A stretch of DNA of 64,000 nt from Felis catus (lineage: Eukaryota), in NCBI RefSeq assembly GCF_018350175.1, contig NC_058368.1:46812001-46876000 (forward strand), written 5' to 3'. The notes beneath the pieces are model-generated. The model ran no database searches and was not told where the DNA came from. It saw only the letters and a list, made by a program, of their open reading frames with translations. The number at the start of each line of letters is the position of its first letter. The first letter of the stretch is position 1. This document shows, in pieces, positions 53,762-64,000 of this stretch. A program made the position numbers and the translations under genes.

Positions 53762-55509
53762 CTTTGCACAGGCAAATAAAAATAAATTCCAGCCAGACAA
53801 AAGACAAAGTGTTCCTTAGCCTCCAAGTGGTTAAACTGGTGACCAGGAAACTGGCCTCTGAGTTTCAGAATCTGACTCTTAGCACTTGGTGATAACTTTA
53901 AGATAATGTTTTAGAAGGTACTTCTGTTTCAAATGTATATTTTTTTTGTTTTCTCTTTTGGTTAATATTTCCATTTTTCCCTGAATTCACATTTCTTTAT
54001 ATAGCGGTGTAATTTTTTGATGTATTAGTTATATTTGAAAGCCATGAAGTCTAGGAGGGTATTAAGTAATTTCATGAATTTACCCATTCACTTATTAAAC
54101 TAACTCTTGTTATGTCAGAAAGGGCTAGGTCTGAGAAGAGCATTGAATTATCAGTTGAAAGAATGCTGGGTAAAAAAAAAAAAAAAAAGGAGAATACACA
54201 CGGAGAGGAAGAAATAAAAGCCTGTTCTGGAGATCAGGAAGCTTTCTTGGAGAAATGACTTAGGGAATGAGTAAGAATTCATGAGAATGAAACTTAGGAG
54301 TTCTCTAACTGACTTGCTGGATTGGGGGAGAAAGGAGACCCATGGGAGGATGATGAAAGAGAGAAAATCCAAGAAAGCCCTACTTTTAAAAATGAATTAA
54401 GAAGATTTGCATATTTTTTGATTCTATAGAAGAGTTTATACACATAGGAACTAAGGGTTTTTTTCTTGAAAGTGTTAGAGAACTTGTCCCTAAGTCCATT
54501 AGGGACTGAGCTGTCATAGGGAGACAGAGAAGCAGCAGTGTTGACACTCCAATCACCCATGGCATTCTGGGTGAGCACCAGAAATGTATCAGAATCAGAG
54601 CCGACTTTATTTGATTAAGGAAGCTCTGCTCAGCCCTGGCACGATCAGGAACTGGGGTATGAAATAGGATATGGAGGAAAATTAGCTGGGATCCCCACCC
54701 CCCACCCCCGCCGGCCCTGCCAGCCCAGTGTTGGGTGTGGAGGGGGTCCAGCCCAGCCCTTTTCTTGGCCTGATCAGATGCCTGAAATTCTAACCTTGTG
54801 TTTGCAACTGTAGAAAAGGCAAATCATCAGCAGGAGTTCTATCTTTGTTCATGACTGCAAACATCTACCCCTCCCTGGCATGATGGCAATAGAAAGCTGG
54901 ATTCTAAGCCTTGCCCTTGGTTGGGCTTGGTTGCCTCCACCATTCTGGGCCAAGTTTTTCCTTCAGAGGCTAGTCCTCCATAGGTCAGTTTTGGACAGCT
55001 AAACCTGAACTCCCAGTGTTAACTGAAAAAGAGTTCTGAGGTATAACATGCTGGACTATGTTAAAGAGGGATTTTATTACATGATTGTACAAAGCTCTGA
55101 TATGCTAATAGGAGGAGTAGTTTTTAAAGAGAGCAGTACAATAAGAACAGTTGTCCAAATTCCCTTGAACCCTGAATATATACCCTCTTTTGTGTTAATC
55201 TCTTGGAATTAGTGTTACTTAGATATGTTTTGGGAAATGCCACTTTTTATCTACAAGATCTTGGTATTTATATTTGTATGTAAGGTTATACTAAACTCTT
55301 AGCCATTGAAACATGTGACTTCTATGTCCCATTTAGATTTATGCCTTGAATTCTACTTTTTATGATACTACCTTTATGATTTCTACTTTCTTTTTTTGAG
55401 GGTTTGCCTGATTTAATTGGTGTATGCTTTTTGCTTCGAGTCACTTGTCATTAGATAACATCTCACAGTGGATATTAAGTTTTCAATGTGACAGACTTTT
55501 TCAATTGTT

Positions 55510-56354
55510 TTAACTTTTTTTATTGAGATAATTGTAAATTCACAAGCAGTTTTTAAAAAAAATTTTTTTTTTAATGTTTATTTATTTTTGAGACAGAGAC
55601 AGAGCATGAACGTGGGAGGGTCAGAGAGAGAGGGAGACATGGAATCCGAAGCAGGCTCCAGGCTCTGAGCTGTCAGCACAGAGCCCAAAGTGGGGCTCGA
55701 ACTCATTAACCGTGAGATCATAAGATGAGCTGAAGTCTGACACTTAACCGACTGAGCCACCCAGGCGTCCCACAAGCAATTTTAAGAAAGATCTTCTGTG
55801 TATACCTTTATCCAGTTTCCCCCAATAGTAACACCGGGCAAAATTATAACACAATATCACACTAGGATGTTGACTGATACAGTCAAGATACAGAACATTG
55901 CCATCACCACAAGGATCTCTTATGTTGCCCTTTATGGCCACAACCACTTCCTGTCTTCCTTACACCCTCCTTTACCCCTGGCAACCACTAAACTGTTCTC
56001 CATTTAAAAAAACTTTCATTTCAATGATTTTTTCAAAAAGGAAGCATATATTATATCAACTTTTTGAATTGGTTATGTTTCCTTCAACAGAAGTTACCAG
56101 AGGTTGGCCAAGGTCATTGCATGTGTCAGCAATTTGTTACTTGTATTGCTGAGTGCTATTCTGCCCTGGGAATATACCCCTGTTTGTTTAACCATTAACT
56201 CATTGAAGGACATCTCAGTTGTTTCCAGTTCTTGGTTATTATGAATAAAGCTGCAGTAAACATTTGTATATAGGGTTGTGGGAACACAAGTCTTCATTTC
56301 TGTGGATAAATGCCCAGGAGTGTAATTGCTGGGTTGTATGGCAATTGAATTATT

Positions 56355-56407
<53 letters not shown>

Positions 56408-57350
56408 TTATTCATTTTTTTGAGAACAAGAGAGACTGGATGTGAGTGGGGTAGGGGCAGAGAGAGAGGGAGACACAGAATCCAAAGCAGACTCCAGACT
56501 CTGAGCTGTCAGCACAGAGCCTGACATGGGGCTTGAACCCACAAACCATGAGATCATGACCTGAGCCAAAGTCGGACGCTTAACCGACTGAGCCACCAGG
56601 CACCCCTGCATAATTTATTTTTTAACAAAATTAATAAAAACAACAAAAAAACACAAAATTCTTTTCCAGGGAAGATGTACCATTTTACATTCTCATCAGC
56701 AATGTGTGAGTAACTAGTTTCCTTGTATCTTCACCAGCTTTTGGTGTTATTACTATTTCCTATTCTTATTCCTACCATTCTGATAGATGTTTAGTGGTAT
56801 CTCATTGCAGTTTTAATTTTCATTTCTTTAATGGCTAATGATGCTGAACATACTTTCATGCGCTTACTTGCCATGTACATATCTTCAAAGAAATGTCTAT
56901 TATGCCTTTTGCCCACCTTCTAATTGGATTGTTTTTATTTTTTTCCTATTGAGCTTGAGAGTTCGATACATATTCTAGACACTAGTCTTTTGTCCCATCT
57001 GTGATCTACAGGTATTTTCTTCCACCCTGGAACTAAACTGTCTTTTTATAGAGTAAGTATTTTCAATATTGATGAAGTCAAATTTATCAATTTTTCTTTT
57101 AATGGATTATGATTTTGGTGTTAAGTATAAGAATGCTTTGTCTAGCCCTAGAGCCCCAACTTTTCTCCAAATTGTTTTCCTAAAAGTTGTATAGTAGTAT
57201 ATTTTAGATTGAAGTCTAAGATCCATTTTGCGCTAGGTCTGAGACTTAGGTCAAAATTTTTTGCTTGTTTGTTTTCTTTTATTTTGTTGTTGTTTCTGTC
57301 TAAGGATGTGCTTCAGCACCATTTGTTGAAAACTTTATTGATTTTTGTAC
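55510..57350 (-). mobile_element. Old LINE-1 fragment with nested CAN-SINEs (~55562-55770 and ~56350-56606)
   Basis: Antisense L1 text (catctcagttgtttccagttcttgg; gtggtatctcattgcagttttaattttcattt); (TTA)n SINE tail at 56351-56403. Confidence 0.88.
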
Positions 57351-57397
57351 CTTTGCCAAAAATCTGTTTGCATCATCTTTTAGAAATTCTATATTTA

Positions 57398-57620
57398 GGG
57401 GCACCTGGGTGGTTCAGTCAGTTAAGTGTCCAACTCTTGGTTTTGGCTCTGGTCATGATCTCGTAGTTTTGTGAGTTTGAGCATCGCTTCGAGCTTGGCA
57501 CTGGCAGCGTGGAGCCTGCTTGGGATCCTTTCTCTCTCCCTCTCTCTGTGCCCCACCCACACTCGTGCTGCCTCTATCTCTCTCAAAATAAATAAATAAA
57601 CTTAAAAAAAGAAAGAAAAA
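57398..57620 (+). mobile_element. CAN-SINE
   Basis: Head ggggcacctgggtggttcagtc, CT tract, A-rich tail. Confidence 0.92.
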
Positions 57621-58159
57621 GAAATTTGAGATGATTCAACCTGGAGTGCTTTCAGAAATTCCTTGAAATTCCTTTCACCTTTTGGTAGACTGAAATAATC
57701 CTCCCTGTACTAGCACCCTTTGCAATGCAACTTTCTAGTGCCTTTACACTCAGACTCTGGGCAAGGCTATGCCAGCTGCTTTGGACAAAAGAACGGGGCA
57801 TAAATAAACGTGTTAGTTCTGCACCTAGCAGAACTAGGTGCAAAAGCCCTTGTGTATTTCTGCTTCTCTTGGATTCTGCAGTCATCATAAAAGCACGTTC
57901 TGGCTAGCCTAAGGATCATAAAAACATGGAGCAGAGTTCAACTACCCAAACTCCTGAGTGGAGGCCAGCATAAGCCAGCAGCCAGTAGCCAGTGGATCCC
58001 CAAAGAGTTGAGCAAGCCCAGCAGAGCTCAAGGGGGCTACTAAACTCCCATTTATTCCCAAACACATGACAGTAGCACTGATTTTCATATATCACCGAGG
58101 TTCTAAAGTTGTTTGTTATTAAATATTATTGTGGCAACTGATAATTGACACATCACTTA

Positions 58160-58480
58160 GATGGCTTGGACTGCTGTAACAAAATACCACAGGCTGGGTT
58201 GTTAACGAACCACACAAATGTATTTCTCACAAGTTCTGGAGATTGGAAGTCTGAGACCAGGGTGCTAACATGGTTGGATTCTGGGTTGCAGACTGCCTAC
58301 TTCTCATTTTATCTTCACATGGTAGAAGGGACAAGCTAGGTCTCTGTGTCTCTTTTATAGAGCACTACTCCCAATTGTGATGGTAGAGTCCAGTTACCTC
58401 CTAAAGGCCCCACCTTCTATTATCATCATCTTGAGAAGGTGGAATTTCAACATATGACCTTTGGGAGACACAAACATAGT
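58160..58480 (-). mobile_element. MaLR LTR (MLT1A-like)
   Basis: ctgctgtaacaaaataccacaggctggg...gttctggagattggaagtc...tttcaacatatga. Confidence 0.75.
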
Positions 58481-58996
58481 AGTCCTGTTCCTTTATTTCC
58501 AGTAATGAACCAAATTTATCCTTTGTACAGAATTTATTTGATTATTTCAATTGGTGGAGTTTGAAACCTGTGTTTGAATTTTCATGTCACCTATAAGCAA
58601 CAATGTACTTTTTTTTTTTTTTTTGGAATTTTCACACTATACCTGTAAACACACATCTCTGGATACATACTTTTTTTTCTATACGTATCCTGAAAAAAAA
58701 TATATTATTTTTTATTTAATTGGTGGATAGCTGTCCTGTTGTTTGTGCAGTTATCCACAGGTTATCAGTTAAGCTTGTTATAGCCTTTCTTGTGACCCCT
58801 GAATGGATAAAGTTTCCCTTTCTGAATCCACAAAAATGAAGGTCATATGACAAATCCCATGTCAGTAAAATGAGGGAAAAAATATAAAATATGTTCTATA
58901 TCGGGTATTTTTAAGTGTGTAATATAACTTAAGGGTAAAATGAAATGGGACATAAAGAATCCAATATAGCACCATGATTTTCCAAAAGATCGAATA

Positions 58997-59630
58997 TCAT
59001 ATATTTGTATAGAAACAATACAAATCTGTGAAGGATTTTTTTAGCTGTTTAAGAAATATCTGCATGTGACATGCAAATTCGCAGGTAGCTTTCTTCTTTA
59101 GAGTTTTGAAACTTCTAATACTCTTCCTTTTTGCCTTTGGGTTCAGTAGATTAAAAGGCACTTGGTCATTAAATAAACTTTGAAGATAGTGATTTGCAGA
59201 TTTGACTTTGGGGTACAAAGATACAGGAGCAATTTGCAACCCAGGAAGGTGGTAGTATGGGAGAGTAATATTTGAACAAGAATTGACTGAGGAGGAATTT
59301 TCTGCTTCAGACAGGCATCAATAGCAGATGGTGAGGCCTACTGGGAAATAAGTCTAAGTACTGGGAAAGGAAATACTGTATTGTGGCAAATAGAAGATCT
59401 GACGCAGCAGAAATGTCTCGCAGGAAAGTGAGGTGAAATTGCCCATTAATGTTTTATAAACACTTTTTTATAGAAGAGATAAAATTAATCGAAAAACAAG
59501 AGGTATTTTGGATAGCAAGATTTGTGCAGAAATATTGCAGGATCCGCTGGTAGTACTTGGGTATCTCTCTAGACTTTGTAATGTGTGCAAGTTTACAACA
59601 AAACTTTCTAAGTGTATTTTTTGAAGTTTA
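58997..59630 (-). pseudogene. Relic exon, possible RGS-like helical domain
   Basis: Long near-open frame LRKFCCKLAHITKSREIPKYYQRILQYF...KKCL*NINGQFHLTFLRDISAASDLLFATIQYFLSQYLDLFP, followed by the 80-aa ORF 58997-59239 in another frame. No repeat recognised here. Confidence 0.45.
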
Positions 59631-59847
59631 AGGTGTTTGGATACAACGTTGAATAAAATATGTGAATATTACGTTGAGGAAAAAAGACAACAGACTTTTA
59701 AAGGAATAGTAATGGAAGTTTATTTCTTTCTAAACTATGCTGTTTAAAATGTTTACTATTACATGTCAAAGTTTCACTGTTACTATATGAAAATAAACTT
59801 GTTGAGTATCACTATTTTAATGCACATTAAAATTTATTTAAAAAGAA

Positions 59848-60045
59848 GGGGTGCTTGGGTGGCTCAGTTGGTTAAGTGTCCAACTCCATTTCGGCTGAGG
59901 TCATGATCTCACGGTTTGTGGGTTCGAGCCCCGTGTTGGGCTCTGTGCTGACAATGTGGAGCCTGCTTGGGATTCTCTGTCTCTCTCTCTCTCTCTCTCT
60001 ACCTCATCCTCTCTCTCCCAAAAATAAATAAACGTTGTAAAAAAA
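59848..60045 (+). mobile_element. CAN-SINE
   Basis: Consensus head, (CT)n, A tail. Confidence 0.93.
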
Positions 60046-60624
60046 TAAATTAATTTAATTTAAAAATAAGATTAAAATACACTAATCAATTTTGTTTTCA
60101 CTGAGAACCTAAAAATCCAAGTACCATTTTATAGTCACACAGACATACAAACACATATACACACACAAATATGCACACCCACACAAGTCCATCATATAAC
60201 TATTTTACTTAATTTTTGAACATATTCAGGAGAAAGTTTTCTATAATTTTATTTCAAAAATTTGGTGAGTACTTATTAAGTATTTTAGGACATAAAAGCT
60301 AGCTGGGACCAATGTACTGAAATATGTATGATTGGTTAGCATTATTTTTTTGAAGGCTTGAGTAGAATATTTGGTTTAAATACATAAAAGTAAATTAAAT
60401 ATTTTAAAAAATCTGGTAGAATGTTTCAAATATCTAATATATGACTGAAGTTATAATCCAATAAATATTTCTCTTTATGATCAAACACCTATTTTGTATA
60501 AAATGGATTTTCTGTGAGGTCAATATATCATGTTGACTTAAACATGAGATATACAGGAAATATGAATGATACAGAAAGGCTTGACAAATAAAAATCTACA
60601 TACAAAATTAATATATTTAAATAG

Positions 60625-60978
60625 TTATAGGCTGAATTTTGTCCCCCAAATTCATATTGAATCCTGAACCCCAGTACATCAGAATATAACTGTATTTAGA
60701 TAGATGACGTCTTCAAAAAGGTAATTAAGGTTAAATGAGGCCAATTAAGGTGAGCCTTAATCGATTATGGCTGCTGTCCCTATAGGAAGAGAAGATTAGG
60801 ACACAGAAGGTTAATCATGTGAAGCTCAGGAAAAGATGTCTTCCTACAAGCCAAGAAGAGAGGCCTTGGAAGAAACCAACCCTGCAGACACTTTTATTTT
60901 GGACTTCTAGTCTCCAGAAGTTGTTTAAACCACCCAGTCTGTGGTACTTTGTTATGTCAGTCACAGCAAACCAATACA
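60625..60978 (+). mobile_element. MaLR LTR (MLT1A-like)
   Basis: gttataggctgaattttgtccccc...ccacccagtctgtggtactttgttatg...aaccaataca. Confidence 0.82.
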
Positions 60979-61302
60979 AATGCCATAGGAAAAAATATAA
61001 CTATTTTAGTATAAGGTTGCCAAGTTTTGTTACTGTCATAATAATGACATTACGGTGTCATAATTATGAGGTGACAATATATTATAATATATTGTCATGA
61101 CATTTTAGAAAAAGCTATGTTTCCCTTAATATAATTTTCAACATTGTTATGCATGGGACACAACCACTCCTGCTATGAATTTTCTCTACATTCTATATAG
61201 AATGTAAACTCTCCCTCTTACAATCCCTTCTTCCCACCCAGACCCACTCACTTCCCTCTATGTAGCAGCAGGGATGGCTTATTGTCAAAAACGTATCATA
61301 CA

Positions 61303-61508
61303 GGGGGAACCTGGGTGGCTCAGTCGGTTGAGCGTCCAACTTCAGCTCAGGTCATGATCACACAGTTTGTGGGCTCAAGCCCCACGTTGGGCTCCGTGTT
61401 GACAGCTCAGAGCCTGGAGCCTGCTTCAGATTCTGTGTTTCCCTCTTTCTCTCTCTGCCCTTCCCCCAATTGTGCTTGAAAATAAATAAATAAACATTAA
61501 AAAAAAAA
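61303..61508 (+). mobile_element. CAN-SINE
   Basis: Flanked by gtatcataca repeats (TSD). Confidence 0.94.
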
Positions 61509-61978
61509 GGTATCATACAGGAAGTCTAAACTAAAGCAAGTGCATGACTTTGATAGACTTAAAAATCTTTCCATGTTTCCTATAACTCCCTTGGAGGGAA
61601 TTTCTCTTTTCTTAATGAGCCAATTGTTTTCATTAACCACTAATTACTTTTTCTAAGCATAGGGGTATATGTGACAAAGATGATGAAATTACATGGGAAA
61701 ATATTTTACTGATAATTGGGAAATGTTATACCAGCCAAAAATAGCAAGCATCCAGGAGATTATTACTTTAAGTTCATGGAAAAATCAAAGCATTAGTCTT
61801 GATGTATCATGATTATACCATGAAGACTAAAGATAAATTTTAATTACATTATTTTAAAAGCAAGTCACCAAACACTATTGTATAATACTTCTACTAAAAC
61901 ATAATCCAAATTTCAGTGATACAAAGACTTAGTAGGAATATATTTACCACATTATATTTGTCAAGCATCAGGGTCTCC

Positions 61979-62750
61979 CTATAGTAGTTCCCTTAGCCAG
62001 TACATATTGAGACTGTTGACTACCATCTCCTCTGCCATGTACAAACGGATTTTGTAGTATGTATCTAAGCCTTATTTGACAGCATGATTTAAATGGCACT
62101 CCAAACTCTTTCCAAGTTTTAGATAGACTAGGAAATCTGGAAGCTAGGATTTGGCTGAATTTTCCACCTTTTAGAAAACTTTTTCGCCTAAGAGGTGATC
62201 AGAGTTATAAAATTTCTGGCGGTAGGCATTTAGGAAGTTCAGGATGCTGATGACTGTGCTTGGAATCGTTCGCATAAACACAGAAGACATGTAAATTGTA
62301 GACCACTTGAAGAGTCAGCACAATGGCAAAGGCTTAAAATTAACCTGAAGATAGATCTACCTGCACTAGGGAAACCCAATAGCAGTCAAAGATCTTCATG
62401 GATGATTCAAAGCTAAGATGTCTCTCAGGTTCTGCTCTTTCAGCTGTATATTGTCACACCAACAGACTAATAAAAGTGGATAAGAAAAACAATTGTTTAC
62501 TTGCAAAACGAGAAGACTGAAAGATGCATTCCTTTCCACATCTTCAAGTTTTAGCCCAAATCAGGTGTCGGTTTAGTCGTTACATTTTTATGTTGTTTTT
62601 AAGAACTCATATTATGTCAAAGCATTTTGAAGTGAATTAAGAAACTAAATTTGTGAATATTCTAAAAATAGCATTTGAAAAAAGAAAACCAGAAGGAAAA
62701 TTTAAAAAGAGGGGAGAAACTGTTGCTCGTGTAGAATCCAATAGGTCTGC
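61979..62750 (-). pseudogene. Relic 5' exon region with a complete RGS-like domain
   Basis: 62290-62159 reads MSSVFMRTIPSTVISILNFLNAYRQKFYNSDHLLGEKVF*KVEN, resembling the RGS 'F..F....geE...FW..vE' motif. 62056-61979 reads YKIRLYMAEEMVVNSLNMYWLRELL*, resembling the RGS terminal 'A...V...L..YWL..F' motif. Weaker upstream LFLNFP (~62705) and LIWAKT*R (~62555). Confidence 0.65.
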
Positions 62751-62769
62751 AAGAAGCAAACTGTTGTTA

Positions 62770-62960
62770 AATTTTTTAAAAATTTATTTATCAATCCTGA
62801 GAGAAAGAGAGAGAGAGAGGGAGAGAGGGAGGGGAGGGGCAGAGAGAGAGAGGGAGACAGAGAATCCCAAGCAAGGGCTTGAATCCACGAAACTATGAGA
62901 TCATGTCCTGAGCCACAAGCAAGAATCAGATGCTTAACTGAATGAACTACCCAGTGCACT
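62770..62960 (-). mobile_element. Older CAN-SINE
   Basis: TSD agaagcaaactgttg on both sides. Confidence 0.9.
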
Positions 62961-62999
62961 ACAGAAGCAAACTGTTGATTAAAAAGTGCCATCTATTCT

Positions 63000-63217
63000 G
63001 GGGTGCCTGGGTGGCTCAGTCGGTTAAGCGTCCGGCTTCGGCTCAGGTCATGATCTCCTGGTTCGTGAGTTCAAACCCCACGTCCAGCTCTGTGCTGACA
63101 GCTCAGAACCTGGAGCTTGCTTCAGATTCTGTGTCTTCTCCTCTCTCTGCCCCTCCCCTGCTCATGCTCTGTTTCTATCTCTCAAGAATAATAAATAAAC
63201 TAAAAAAAATTTTTTTT
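63000..63217 (+). mobile_element. CAN-SINE
   Basis: TSD aaaaagtgccatctattc on both sides. Confidence 0.95.
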
Positions 63218-63481
63218 AAAAAGTGCCATCTATTCAGTTGGAGAAAAATATTATATAATTCAATTGGTTGGTCTTGTGTAGAGAGGACTGACAGTTAATT
63301 ACTGAATCAAAACTCATTGCTTTAGTTCTCAGTTCTCAGTCCATATGCATAGAGGCAAGATAATGTGATTGTTGAGAGTATGGTTATGTTGATTGGTTAT
63401 GTGGATTCAAATCCTAACACTTGCTGGCTGGCTATCCGTAGCAATTCAGCCTTAGACCTGGTTTCCTTATCTGATAGACTA

Positions 63482-63694
63482 TTTTTTTTTTCAACATTTA
63501 TTTATTTTTGGGACAGAGAGAGACAGAGCATGAACGGGCGAGGGGCAGAGAGAGAGGGAGACACAGAATCGGAAACAGGCTCCAGGCTCTGAGCCATCAG
63601 CCCAGAGCCTGACGCGGGGCTCGAACTCACGGACCGCAAGATCGTGACCTGGCTGAAGTCGGACGCTTAACCGACTGCGCCACCCAGGCGCCCC
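63482..63694 (-). mobile_element. Young feline CAN-SINE inserted in a MIR
   Basis: tccttatctgata at 63464-63476 and 63695-63707; MIR-like flanks. Confidence 0.95.
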
Positions 63695-64000
63695 TCCTTA
63701 TCTGATAAAGGAGAAACTAACAATACTTCCTCACAGATATGTTGGATAATTAGATAATCAATGCATGTAAATGTCCTTCACAGATGGCCTGGTATAAGTA
63801 AATGCTTAATAAGTGACCACCATTATTATTTACATTCATCATAAACAATCAAATCAATTTTCAATTCATACCTAAAGAAAATACAAAACTCTGAATATAA
63901 AAAAAGAGTGAAAAATATATACACTTCTGATACATATTCAGCACTTAAAAAATGGCTTTAACAGACTTAGAATTTTTCATGGCCTCATAATGACAAAATA

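Larger units (their letters stand above)
30035..62750 (-). pseudogene. Decayed multi-exon gene for a multi-RGS-domain protein (RGSL1/RGS22-like paralog)
   Basis: Hand translation gives ordered relics: GEKVF*KVEN and MAEEMVVNSLNMYWLRELL (62.3-62.0 kb), KRPLDIP (52.7), QIFDA (46.7), LSEI*LPRF (44.85), HLKRMFGIRQQIQYL/WQQNILSV (44.5), EAEVRALVSRSWLAFW (44.15), LDLLEEDWLLKDYW (38.1), DEDVLVRR...EEALLISK...PVFLR (36.1-35.9), EDDPK/RCTLI/QGIK (30.45). All are on one strand and many follow polypyrimidine-AG acceptors. Stops and frameshifts are frequent. Confidence 0.72.

Noticed and set aside
30035..62750. Calling the relic RGSL1 or RGS22 itself
   Set aside because: Only short motifs match my recollection of the human proteins. 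A mammalian ortholog should align at far higher identity, so no gene symbol is assigned.
7241..63694. Many 60-140 aa ORFs with motifs like GAPGWLS, EPGACFRFCVSLS or ETGSRL
   Set aside because: They are translations of CAN-SINEs.
1..64000. CRISPR arrays, operons or prokaryotic defence systems
   Set aside because: The DNA is mammalian and I saw no regularly spaced repeat-spacer structure.

Overview
Mammalian, AT-rich, repeat-dense genomic DNA. The many full-length tRNA-derived CAN-SINEs of the feline SINEC_Fc type point to a felid genome. I find no intact protein-coding gene, rRNA, tRNA or CRISPR array. Much of the window is CAN-SINEs (several with target-site duplications), L1/L2/MIR fragments, MaLR/ERV LTRs, hAT MITEs and microsatellites. 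The main unexplained signal is on the minus strand from about 62.75 kb to 30.0 kb. There, about 12 exon-like relics, many behind plausible splice acceptors and most broken by stops, frameshifts or SINEs, translate into RGS-domain-like motifs. From 45 kb down to 30 kb these fall in the same order as motifs I recall from human RGSL1. I interpret this as a decayed, intron-containing (unitary) pseudogene of a divergent multi-RGS-domain RGSL1/RGS22-family paralog. The homology rests on hand translation and remembered sequences, not on a database search. Repeat family names are also from memory and boundaries are approximate.
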